From contig JANQHR010000166.1 of NCBI GenBank assembly GCA_028282585.1, positions 1 to 24,834 on the forward strand: DNA of 24,834 bases. The letters are read 5' to 3'. Positions 15,913-24,834 of the stretch are shown piece after piece. Numbering within the stretch: the first letter of the stretch is position 1; the number at the start of each line of letters is the position of its first letter. The DNA comes from Bacteroidales bacterium. Its GTDB lineage: Bacteria > Bacteroidota > Bacteroidia > Bacteroidales > UBA12077. Below the pieces are notes generated by a model that was given only the letters and a program-made list of their open reading frames with translations, did no database searches and had not been told where the DNA came from. Made by a program: the position numbers and the translations under genes.

Positions 15913-18486
15913 ATGAAAAAATTATTTTTCTTAATAGCATTATCTGTAGGATTACTTTTAACAGGTAATATGTATAACTTCACTTATGCACAGGAGGCAG
16001 ATGAAGACAAAGAGGAAACATCATCCGATGCAGACAATGAAGATAATGACAGTGACAATAAAAAGAAGAGTAGCAAAATTAAAGACATTTCAAAAGTAGT
16101 TAAAAGGTGTACTAAACATGAAGGATTATTTACCGTATACCAGGATACTTTAAACGGGAGTCTTTATTTGCAAATTGAAACAAATAAATTAGAGAAGGAA
16201 TTTATATATTTCGGATATGCCGAAAACGGTATACCATTCCTGAATATGTTCAGAGGAGCATACCGAGAAGTTACGGTATTTAAGCCTATCAGGTATTTTA
16301 ACCGGATTGAGTTCCAGGTTCCAAACTATAATTTTTATTTTGATCCGGAAAATCCAATAAGTAAAGCAGCTGACGCAAATATTAGTGATGCAATTATTTA
16401 TTCTTCAACTATTTTGGGTGCAAGCAAGGATGGTGATACGCTGATTATTAAAGCAGATGACCTGTTTATGAAAGAAACCTTGACGAAAATTAAACAAAAG
16501 GTTAATCGAAATCTGTACCAGGTAGGTAAATTATCCAAGAAAAAATCAAAAGTTGCTGCAATTAAAAATTACTCAGATAATACGGATGTAATTATTGAGT
16601 ATGTTTTTGAATCAAAAAATCCTGAGAAACCAGGAGGAAAAGTATTAGCCGACGATAGAAGCGTAAGTTTTGTGTTTCAACACTCATTTATTGAAGTGCC
16701 GGATAATGATTATGAACCTCGCAGGGATGATCCAAGAGTAGGATACTTTACAACCGAGTTTGATGACATGACATCTCTTTCAACAACACCTTACAGAGAT
16801 ATTATTCATCGTTGGAACTTAGTAAAGAAAAATCCTGACCAGAAACTTTCGGAACCAGTTAAACCAATTGTATTTTGGATAGAGAACACGACTCCTTATG
16901 AGTTCAGGCCGGCAGTTAAAAAAGGAGTTTTAAACTGGAATAAGGCTTTTGAGAAAATAGGATTTAAAAATGCTGTTGTTGTTAAGCAAATGCCAGACAA
17001 TGCAACATGGGAACCAGGAGATTTAAAATATAATGTAATTCGTTGGACTGCTTCACCAACACCAAGATTTGCAGGATACGGGCCAAGATTTTTTAATCCG
17101 AAAACCGGAGAGATCCTGGGTGCTGATGTAATGCTCGAGTATTCTCAGTTTAAACTACAACGCAGGTATGAGAAAATGTATACCGGAAAAAATACATCGG
17201 AATTAGAACTGGATTATGACAACTTACCGGAATTGACCGAAACTGAAATGTATGCTCAAAACCTCGAGTTTGGTCAGTCGTTAGCGGTTAACAATGAAGA
17301 ATACACAGAGCTGGTTAATCAATATATAATAGCTTTGGTAACCCACGAAGTAGGTCATACGCTTGGTTTAACTCACAACTTTAAGGGTTCTTATTTCCTT
17401 TCTCCGGAAGAGCTGCAAGATAAAGAACTAACGGAAAAATACGGAGTAACAGCTTCTATCATGGATTACATGTTAATTAATGTAAGTCCTGACCCTGAAA
17501 AACAAGCGCATTATTTCTCGACAACAATTGGCCCTTACGATTATTGGGCAATTGAATATGGCTATAAACCGGTTGAAAATGACTCTGAACTTGAAGAGAT
17601 TGCAAAAAGGTCAACAGAAAAGGGTCATATCTTTGGAAATGATGGTGAAAACGCCAGAAATTTAAGATTAGGCATTGATCCAAGAGTTTTAACTCACGAT
17701 CTATCAAATGATCCTATCCAATACTCTATCAATCGTTTAGATTTAGTTATAGAATTAATAAATGAGTTACCGCAGAAATATGCCAACGGAAACGGATCTT
17801 ATCACGATTTGCGTTACGAGTTCAGTCTTTTGATTAATCAGTACAAAAATGCTGTTGCAACCATAAGCAGATACATTGGCGGAATTTATACAGAGAGAGT
17901 ATTTGCTGATCAAAATAGTGGTAAAATACCTTATACGCCGGTTCCAAAAGAAACACAGCAAAAAGCTATGAAAGCCTTACATAAATATGTATTTGCAAAA
18001 GAAGCATTGAATTTTTCAGAATTTATTTACCAATATGCGCAAATTCAACGTCGTGGTTTTAATGTTGGTAGAGACGCTTTTCCGGTTCATGCAATGGTCA
18101 ATGATATACAAAGAGAAGCTCTCGCACCGGTATTAAATCCTGTAATGTTTAGCCGAATGCTTGATTCGGAAAAATATGGTAATGGATATCAGTTGGGCGA
18201 ATATATGTCGGATATACGCGATTTGGTATTTGATTATAATTATAAAGCAGAAATTAATTCATATCAGCAATATGCACAAGCTTTGTTTGTGAAACAGCTA
18301 ACCAAAATGTTTGGTCAGTCGAGTATATTTAACGTAAACCGATATCCATATCAGGCAAGAGCATTAGTTGTAGAAGACCTGTTAAACTTACAAAAGCAAT
18401 TAAAATACAAAGGAGACGATAAATTAACAAAAGCTCATCAGGAGCAAATAAAGAAATTAATTGAGAACGCATTTAATTTCATGTAA
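15913..18486 (+). CDS. Secreted zinc-dependent metalloprotease (metzincin, DUF5117/DUF4953 EcxA-like)
   Basis: Signal peptide and acidic linker; PRRDDPRVGYF, HRWNL, KPIVFWIENTTP, HEVGHTLGLTHNF (HExxHxxGxxH), Met-turn ASIMDY, GPYDYWAIEYGY. Confidence 0.92.
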   Translation: MKKLFFLIALSVGLLLTGNMYNFTYAQEADEDKEETSSDADNEDNDSDNKKKSSKIKDISKVVKRCTKHEGLFTVYQDTLNGSLYLQIETNKLEKEFIYFGYAENGIPFLNMFRGAYREVTVFKPIRYFNRIEFQVPNYNFYFDPENPISKAADANISDAIIYSSTILGASKDGDTLIIKADDLFMKETLTKIKQKVNRNLYQVGKLSKKKSKVAAIKNYSDNTDVIIEYVFESKNPEKPGGKVLADDRSVSFVFQHSFIEVPDNDYEPRRDDPRVGYFTTEFDDMTSLSTTPYRDIIHRWNLVKKNPDQKLSEPVKPIVFWIENTTPYEFRPAVKKGVLNWNKAFEKIGFKNAVVVKQMPDNATWEPGDLKYNVIRWTASPTPRFAGYGPRFFNPKTGEILGADVMLEYSQFKLQRRYEKMYTGKNTSELELDYDNLPELTETEMYAQNLEFGQSLAVNNEEYTELVNQYIIALVTHEVGHTLGLTHNFKGSYFLSPEELQDKELTEKYGVTASIMDYMLINVSPDPEKQAHYFSTTIGPYDYWAIEYGYKPVENDSELEEIAKRSTEKGHIFGNDGENARNLRLGIDPRVLTHDLSNDPIQYSINRLDLVIELINELPQKYANGNGSYHDLRYEFSLLINQYKNAVATISRYIGGIYTERVFADQNSGKIPYTPVPKETQQKAMKALHKYVFAKEALNFSEFIYQYAQIQRRGFNVGRDAFPVHAMVNDIQREALAPVLNPVMFSRMLDSEKYGNGYQLGEYMSDIRDLVFDYNYKAEINSYQQYAQALFVKQLTKMFGQSSIFNVNRYPYQARALVVEDLLNLQKQLKYKGDDKLTKAHQEQIKKLIENAFNFM

Positions 18487-18490
18487 TACT

Positions 18491-18529
18491 AAATCCCTTT
18501 GGAACATGTTTCCAAAGGGATTTTTTCTT
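18491..18529 (+). terminator. Strong hairpin plus T tract between the protease gene and susC
   Basis: 14-bp perfect arms aaatccctttggaa 18491-18504 / ttccaaagggattt 18510-18523, then tttctt. Confidence 0.8.
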
Positions 18530-18542
18530 AATCGAAGGGACT

Positions 18543-21500
18543 ATGAAAAAGACAATACTAACCTTATTTTTATTATTCACCAGTGTGCTGTTTTCAATTG
18601 CACAAGTTCACATTGTAGAGGGTACCGTAAAAGATGATATAGGAGTTACATTACCTGGAGTTTCGGTGAGAGTTAAGGGAACACAGATTGGGACAATAAC
18701 AGATAATGATGGTAAATACAGAATTCGTTTACCTATTGCTAATAAAACTTTGATTTTTTCATTCGTTGGAATGACAACGCAGGAAATTAAACCTCAGGGA
18801 AATATTTTGAATGTTACTATGCAAACGGATTCAAAACAACTCGATGAAGTTGTGGTTGTAGGATATGCCGGGGTAAAAACAAAGGAATCAATCGTTGGAT
18901 CAGTGGAGCAGGTAAAAGCCAAAGATTTAATGGTTGAAAGGCCTATTGAAAGTATTGATAAGATGCTAGATGGAATGATGACTGGTGTGCGTGTTGAGGA
19001 AAATACCGGTGATCCTGGGGCTCCTGTAAGTATAAGAATACGCGGCCAAAGTTCATTAACTCAAATAGCTAGTAACGCGGTTGTAGCATCTTCGGAACCA
19101 TTGTATATTTTAGATGGTGTTCCGTTATACGATGTTTCGGCTCCGAATGATGTTGATAATATGGGGGATGTTAAAATTAATCCACTGGCACTAATAAATC
19201 CTGAAGATATTGAATCTATTACCGTACTAAAAGACGCTTCAGCTTCTGCTATTTACGGAGCAAATGCTTCGAATGGTGTTATTATCATAACAACCAAAAA
19301 AGGTGAAAAAGGAGATACCAAATTTTCTTTATCATCAAGCACCGGTATATCTGAACCACTTTCAGAGTTCAAGTATTTAAATTCACAGCAATATATTGAG
19401 TTAGCAACAGAAGCTATTAATAATTCTGATTTTTCTGAAACGCAAAAACAAGATGAAATTGCCGCACTGGGAAGCCCTGATGTAAACACTAATTGGTTTG
19501 ACCTTGTTTCCAGAACCGGAGTAGTGTATAAAAACAATTTAGTTTTTTCTGGTGGGGGTGACAGCCACGTCTATAGATTTTCTTTAAACCATTTAAAAAA
19601 TAAATCAATAGGTATTGGTAATCAATTAGAAAGAGTTACCTCTACTTTAAAAGTTAATTCTGATTTAAACGAAAAACTTTCGTGGGATTATAAAGTTGGT
19701 GTATCCTATCTTAAAAAGGATGTATTCAATTCATTTGAGTCCATTTCTTTTGCACCCACATTGTCTCCATATAAAGAGGACGGAAGTTTTAACGATGAAC
19801 CTCCATTTGACAGAAGAATGAATCCTATGGCAGGAATTGAACAGAATGAAGCATGGAATAAACACTTATATGTAAATGGGTCAACAGAACTTTTATATAA
19901 GATAGTTGAAGGCTTAGATTTTAGAACTGCATTTGGAGTTGATTTCGACAATGGTGAAAACTATGCATATTATAGTTCTGAGAATGGATCAGGTTATACA
20001 AGAGGTGGTTATATAACAAAAAGTACCAAGAATAATTTAAAGTGGATATCAACTTCACAACTTAGTTATCATAAAATGTTAGCAAACCATCAGATTAGTT
20101 TATTAGGAGGCTTTGAAATAACAGACAGAGAGCAAACCTACCTTAGAGGTACCAATTCAAACTTACCATTTGAGAAAATTCTGGAATTAGGGATATCTGA
20201 GAAAGAGGATGCTTCAGTGAGTAGCTCTAAAAGCTCAATTGGGTCAATTTCCTATTTTGGTAAGTTTGAGTATAACTACAAAAGTAAATACTACTTTAGT
20301 TATAGTATTAGAAATGACCAGGCTTCCGTATTTGGTGGAGATTCTCAAAAAGATAACTTTTCATCATATGGTGCTTCCTGGATTATAAGTAAAGAAGATT
20401 GGTTTAAAGATTTAACACTTCCGGTCACTTTTCTAAAAATCAGGGGTTCCTACGGATCAACAGGAAACTCCAGAATTGGAACGTATGCTGCTTATGGCCT
20501 TTACCAGTACGATGATAGTTATATGTATGATGGTTTAATCGGAGCTCAACCTTACACAGCTCCTAACCCACATTTAACATGGGAAAAAACCTACAAATTT
20601 AATGCTGCTTTAGATTTTAGGCTTTATGATAAAGTAAACTTTACCGTTGCACATTATATAAATAAAACCGAAGGAGCCATATCTAACCTTAAGATTCCAA
20701 TGGAAACAGGATTTTCAACTGTGCCGGTTAATGTGGCGGACATGGAGAATAGTGGGTGGGAGTTTTCAGCTTCGTCAACAATTATTAACAAAGAGGATTT
20801 TAATTGGAATGCAAGTTTTAATATTTCAACAAATAAAAATATTGTTACAAAATTAGGTAATGAAAATCCTCAATTTGCAGACTTGAATTATTCTTCATTA
20901 GGTTTATTTGTTGGTGAGGATGTAAACGTAATTTTGGCATTAAGATATGCTGGAGTAAATCCTGAAACAGGGGAAGCACAGTATTATTTAGCTGATGGCT
21001 CAATAACTACAGATAGGAGCGAGGCGAATCAAATGGAAAATAGAGAGTTTGTCGGAAATTCCACACCGGATGCATCAGGAGGTTTTTCAACTTCTATTGA
21101 TTACAGGAACTTTACATTATCTACCGCACTTTCTTTTGATATTGGCGGGTATGTTATGCTTCCCTGGAACTCATATTTATACAGTTCTGATGGTGAACAG
21201 ATTTTAGTTCATAATCAAAATGTAAACCAGCTAGACCGCTGGCAGGAGCCTGGTGATATAACTGATATTCCACAATTAAGTATTAATAATAAACCCATTA
21301 AAAATACAACTAGAAATCTGTATGATAGAACCAACATCGACGTTAAATATATTGCATTATCGTATAGAGTTCCTAAAAATATAGTTGAAAAAATTAAACT
21401 TAATCAGGCATCTATTAGCCTAAATGTTAATAATATCTGGACATGGTATAAAGTAGATAAAGATGTGGCATCTGACAGAAATGGACTAAATGAGTTGTTG

Positions 21501-21554
21501 CATGCATATCCAATGTCCAGAACTTATTCAATAGGTATAAAATTTAATTTCTAA
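18543..21554 (+). CDS. susC: SusC/RagA-family TonB-dependent outer-membrane transporter
   Basis: Signal peptide, N-terminal extension (LPGVSVRVKGT), LDEVVVVGY, plug (EPLYILDGVP; INPEDIESITVLKDASASAIYGANASNGVIIITTKKG), LKIRGSYG, NPHLTWEKT, C-terminal YP..RTYSIGIKFNF. Family-level symbol only. Confidence 0.96.
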   Translation: MKKTILTLFLLFTSVLFSIAQVHIVEGTVKDDIGVTLPGVSVRVKGTQIGTITDNDGKYRIRLPIANKTLIFSFVGMTTQEIKPQGNILNVTMQTDSKQLDEVVVVGYAGVKTKESIVGSVEQVKAKDLMVERPIESIDKMLDGMMTGVRVEENTGDPGAPVSIRIRGQSSLTQIASNAVVASSEPLYILDGVPLYDVSAPNDVDNMGDVKINPLALINPEDIESITVLKDASASAIYGANASNGVIIITTKKGEKGDTKFSLSSSTGISEPLSEFKYLNSQQYIELATEAINNSDFSETQKQDEIAALGSPDVNTNWFDLVSRTGVVYKNNLVFSGGGDSHVYRFSLNHLKNKSIGIGNQLERVTSTLKVNSDLNEKLSWDYKVGVSYLKKDVFNSFESISFAPTLSPYKEDGSFNDEPPFDRRMNPMAGIEQNEAWNKHLYVNGSTELLYKIVEGLDFRTAFGVDFDNGENYAYYSSENGSGYTRGGYITKSTKNNLKWISTSQLSYHKMLANHQISLLGGFEITDREQTYLRGTNSNLPFEKILELGISEKEDASVSSSKSSIGSISYFGKFEYNYKSKYYFSYSIRNDQASVFGGDSQKDNFSSYGASWIISKEDWFKDLTLPVTFLKIRGSYGSTGNSRIGTYAAYGLYQYDDSYMYDGLIGAQPYTAPNPHLTWEKTYKFNAALDFRLYDKVNFTVAHYINKTEGAISNLKIPMETGFSTVPVNVADMENSGWEFSASSTIINKEDFNWNASFNISTNKNIVTKLGNENPQFADLNYSSLGLFVGEDVNVILALRYAGVNPETGEAQYYLADGSITTDRSEANQMENREFVGNSTPDASGGFSTSIDYRNFTLSTALSFDIGGYVMLPWNSYLYSSDGEQILVHNQNVNQLDRWQEPGDITDIPQLSINNKPIKNTTRNLYDRTNIDVKYIALSYRVPKNIVEKIKLNQASISLNVNNIWTWYKVDKDVASDRNGLNELLHAYPMSRTYSIGIKFNF

Positions 21555-21559
21555 GAGTT

Positions 21560-22975
21560 ATGAAAAAAATATTTAACTGCATATTAATTCTTCTCACCAC
21601 AATTGCTTTGGTTTCTTGTGAGGATTTTTTAGATCGCGATCCGCAAGATAAAATATCCAATGAAAATCTACTAGCAGATATCGAAGGAGTTACTATTGCT
21701 GCAGTAGGATGTTATAATGCTTTGGTAGATGATTATTATTACAGAACAGATTTAAATTTAATATCTGAACTGCGAGGTGGAAACTTAAAATTTGTCGAAT
21801 CAGTTAGTAGCGGTTATGTAGATAGATATACCGATTTTTATAGTTATAACCTAAACTCAGAAAATAGTCGAAACGAAGATCACTACGAAGCATTATATGG
21901 AATACTGAATCAAACAAATAATATAATTCATGCAATCCCTGAAATTTCGGATGGAACCACTGAAGAAAAAAATCAATTGCTAGGAGAAATGTATACGGTA
22001 AGAGCTTTGTGCCATTTCGATTTACTTCGATTATACGCACAGCCATATAGCCATTCGGCAAATGCTCAGCATAATGGAATTGTTGTAGTAACAATTACTC
22101 CTGATGTTTTAGACATGCCTGCAAGAAGTACAGTGTACGATTCTTATAAACAAATTGTTGAAGATCTTAGTGCAGCTATTGATTTACTAAAGGATGAGAA
22201 TAAACATGGTGCAACAAAAAAGTTTTGGATCGGACCTGGTGTAACAAAAGCAATTTTAGCTCGAGTTTTTCTTTACATGGAAGATTGGAACAATGCAATT
22301 GAAATGGCAACCGAAGTTATTGAAGATCCAAATTATGGCTTAATTGCAGGTGATTTACTTGCTGCGGAATGGTTAGATAATACTCCGTCAATAGAAGATA
22401 TTTGGGTTCTGGATAATTCGGTACAACAAGCCGAGAATATATCAAAATACATGGGATACCCTGATATAGGAACAGAAATGAACTGTTCGGTTACTAAAGA
22501 TTTATATGATTTATATTCCGTTGAGGACTTAAGGTTAAACTTATTTGTTGATTTTTATGGCGATACAACTTCTTATAAATACCATTCGGAAGGTAACATC
22601 GAAAGCAATATCACAGTAATTCGTTTAGCGGAAATGTACTTGATAAGAGCCGAGGCTTATGCCAGAACAAATCAGGAAGCATTGGCACGTGGAGATTTAC
22701 AAGTAATCCGCGAAAGAGCAAATCCAGATGCAGAATTTGTTAACCTTTCCGGAGAGGAGTTAATTCAAGAGATATTAATTGAAAAACGAAGAGAATTCGC
22801 ATTTGAAGGACATAACTTCTTCGAACTAAAAAGGACGGGAAGCAATATCCGCAGAAATGATTGTACAGCTTCTTTAAATCACGATTTAGATTTTCCTGAT
22901 TATAGGTATGTGATGCCTATACCATATGATAATATTGAAGCGAATAGAAATTTAGTTCAAAACGAAGGATACTAA
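21560..22975 (+). CDS. susD: SusD/RagB-family surface lipoprotein
   Basis: Lipobox LVSC followed by EDFLD; GEMYTVRALCHFDLLRLY, IRLAEMYLIRAEA, EKRREFAFEGH.FFELKR, PIP...NLVQNEGY. Family-level symbol only. Confidence 0.95.
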   Translation: MKKIFNCILILLTTIALVSCEDFLDRDPQDKISNENLLADIEGVTIAAVGCYNALVDDYYYRTDLNLISELRGGNLKFVESVSSGYVDRYTDFYSYNLNSENSRNEDHYEALYGILNQTNNIIHAIPEISDGTTEEKNQLLGEMYTVRALCHFDLLRLYAQPYSHSANAQHNGIVVVTITPDVLDMPARSTVYDSYKQIVEDLSAAIDLLKDENKHGATKKFWIGPGVTKAILARVFLYMEDWNNAIEMATEVIEDPNYGLIAGDLLAAEWLDNTPSIEDIWVLDNSVQQAENISKYMGYPDIGTEMNCSVTKDLYDLYSVEDLRLNLFVDFYGDTTSYKYHSEGNIESNITVIRLAEMYLIRAEAYARTNQEALARGDLQVIRERANPDAEFVNLSGEELIQEILIEKRREFAFEGHNFFELKRTGSNIRRNDCTASLNHDLDFPDYRYVMPIPYDNIEANRNLVQNEGY

Positions 22976-22993
22976 ACCCTAATATATCTTACT

Positions 22994-24538
22994 ATGAATA
23001 ATATTAAAATTTGGTCAATTACACTAATGTTATTATCTGGGATTATTTTATGGTCTTGTAATAAAGACGACGAAGTTAAAATCCCTGAAGTATCATTTGA
23101 ATCTGCTTCTTATAATTTAAACGAGACTAGTACTAGCACACTTGAGGTTAAAGTGATCTTAAATATGAATGCACCTCAGGATTTAATAGTAAAGTTTACC
23201 ATTTCAGGTACTGCAGTGGCTAATGTTAATTACCAGGCTATCGCTGATAATTCGGTAACGATACCTACGGGGAGTTCAGAAGCAATCATTTTTGTAAATG
23301 CTATCAATGAACCTATAATCGAAGGAGATAAAACCATTGAATTTACATTGGAATCAGGTGATAACTACATTCTTGCATCAACCAATAAGGTTGCAACGGT
23401 TATGATCGAAGATAACGAAGTTGCTTCCGGCAATGCCCCGGTAGTTCAGTTTACATCGGATCATGTTACCACAAATGCATTTTTACAAGATACAGTTGAG
23501 GTAAGAGTTGGACTGGATAAAGCATTTAGTTCAACTACAACAATTCCAATTTCTTTTGGTGGAACAGCCGAAATGGGAATAGATTATGAAGTTCTTGATT
23601 TAACTAGTTTAGAAACCGTTGACTTTGCTGCCGGCGATTTATCGCTAGCTTTTAAGATAGCGGTAAAATATAATGCTATTGAAGATCTAAACAAAACAGT
23701 TGAAATAACTTTTCCGGAGCCTATGTTAACAGATTATAAAGTCTCTGAAACGAATGATACCATAAGTATAAATATTATTGATCCTGCAGCGGATTTCTCC
23801 GCCTGGTTTAACGAAATAACAAAATACACAGAATTTTATTCCGGTGGAACTGCTTCAGTTTATAGAGATGATTTGTATGCGTATAATATTAAAAGATATT
23901 ACTGGAACTCGATTGAGGAAGGTGGTAAATATAGCATACTAACAGGCGAACACTCTTTTTTTCCAAGTATAGCTAAATATAATTCATGGGTGGAAGTTAT
24001 AAATATTCACCAACGATTAATAGGATTTCCATACGTTAATGTTCCTGAAGAAGAAAGATGGGAAATTCAAACCGGAGGCGAAGGCGACTTCTTTGGACTA
24101 AGTAGGTTTTTTGGAAATTTAGCAGAGTATGGAAAAACCTTAATTGAATCTGAAAACGGCTGGTTGCGTTTTGTTGCGCTGAATTCTGATGCCTCAGAGG
24201 GTAAGGTTATAGTTCCTGCGCAAACACTTACATTATATAAAGTTAAGCCGGGATTTGATTGGCAAGAAAGCTTTATAGCTTCTGATGGTGTTGAAGATTA
24301 TAGAGCCTGGTATGCAGATTCAAATACTACGCAAGGGCATCTAGGCCAGTCAACCAATGTGGAAACAACACAGGTTGTTATTCATGGGGGTGAAGGAACA
24401 TATAGCAACGCATCAGAAGAAATTATATTTGAAGTTACCTTCACTTGCGATGATCCGGATTTTAATATTGATCCCAAGTATTATATTTCCAATGATGGTG
24501 ATACCTATACAATGAAAATAAAATATGTTAAACCATAA
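22994..24538 (+). CDS. Surface lipoprotein with two Calx-beta/Ig-like domains and an unrecognised C-terminal domain
   Basis: Lipobox LWSC + NKDDE; two repeats VSF/VQF...SGTA/GGTA...NY/DY...KTIEFTL/KTVEITF...IED/IID. Confidence 0.75.
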   Translation: MNNIKIWSITLMLLSGIILWSCNKDDEVKIPEVSFESASYNLNETSTSTLEVKVILNMNAPQDLIVKFTISGTAVANVNYQAIADNSVTIPTGSSEAIIFVNAINEPIIEGDKTIEFTLESGDNYILASTNKVATVMIEDNEVASGNAPVVQFTSDHVTTNAFLQDTVEVRVGLDKAFSSTTTIPISFGGTAEMGIDYEVLDLTSLETVDFAAGDLSLAFKIAVKYNAIEDLNKTVEITFPEPMLTDYKVSETNDTISINIIDPAADFSAWFNEITKYTEFYSGGTASVYRDDLYAYNIKRYYWNSIEEGGKYSILTGEHSFFPSIAKYNSWVEVINIHQRLIGFPYVNVPEEERWEIQTGGEGDFFGLSRFFGNLAEYGKTLIESENGWLRFVALNSDASEGKVIVPAQTLTLYKVKPGFDWQESFIASDGVEDYRAWYADSNTTQGHLGQSTNVETTQVVIHGGEGTYSNASEEIIFEVTFTCDDPDFNIDPKYYISNDGDTYTMKIKYVKP

Positions 24539-24615
24539 ATTAAAGTGTTGTGGTATTTGCTGCAATGTTTTTAATACAAACAAAAAATTACTAATCAACC
24601 TAAATTCATTTACTT

Positions 24616-24834
24616 ATGAAAAAGTTTTACTTAATTTTTATACTGGCTATTTTTTGTGCAAATTCTTTTGCTCAGATAGAGCTGGTAAAAGACTTATATA
24701 TTGGAACCGAAGGTGGTGTTCCAGCAAATTTATATGTCTTCGATAATCAAATCTATTTTAAAGCAACTGATGGTACTGCAGGTATTGAATTATGGAAATC
24801 AGATGGTACTGAAGAAGGAACAGTTCTGGTAAAA
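24616..24834 (+). CDS. ELWxxDGT repeat protein, 5' part (runs off the window)
   Basis: Not in the ORF track. Translated by hand: MKKFYLIFILAIFCANSFAQIELVKDLYIGTEGGVPANLYVFDNQIYFKATDGTAGIELWKSDGTEEGTVLVK; signal peptide plus ELWKSDGT motif. Confidence 0.9.
   Translation, partial: MKKFYLIFILAIFCANSFAQIELVKDLYIGTEGGVPANLYVFDNQIYFKATDGTAGIELWKSDGTEEGTVLVK

Noticed and set aside
15991-16075. Acidic then Lys-rich low-complexity stretch in the protease N-terminus
   Set aside because: A disordered linker after the signal peptide is usual for this family; no DNA-level tandem repeat.
12906-24598. Minus-strand short ORFs (12906, 13418, 14044, 15283, 17477, 17767, 19253, 19706, 21804, 24413)
   Set aside because: Antisense to well-supported plus-strand genes.
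24525-24746. 73-aa Cys-containing ORF from the track
   Set aside because: Overlaps the lipoprotein stop and the convincing ELWxxDGT frame starting at 24616.

Overview
AT-rich bacterial window, very likely Bacteroidota (SusC/SusD pair, DUF4953-type metalloprotease, ELWxxDGT protein). The left arm (minus strand) carries an accD-accA operon whose third gene fuses a pyruvate/oxaloacetate carboxyltransferase to a complete AccB-type biotin carrier. No biotin carboxylase is seen in the window, so this is a candidate ATP-independent oxaloacetate:acetyl-CoA transcarboxylase. Also on the minus strand is a signalling cluster: PAS/GAF HisKA_3 kinase, NarL-type regulator, stand-alone receiver, CheW, and a chemoreceptor with two nested extracytoplasmic CZB zinc-binding domains. 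A 1.1 kb spacer holds a decayed EndoQ/PHP gene fragment and a candidate ~110-nt sRNA that shares promoter architecture and a 3' motif with the receiver-cheW-MCP transcript. The right arm (plus strand) has an ECF sigma, a Spy/CpxP-like protein, a zinc anti-sigma (duplicated ECF promoter), a membrane 4Fe-4S/HMA-like protein, a Zn metalloprotease, susC-susD, a Calx-beta lipoprotein and a truncated ELWxxDGT gene. All calls come from motif recognition by eye; no searches were run.
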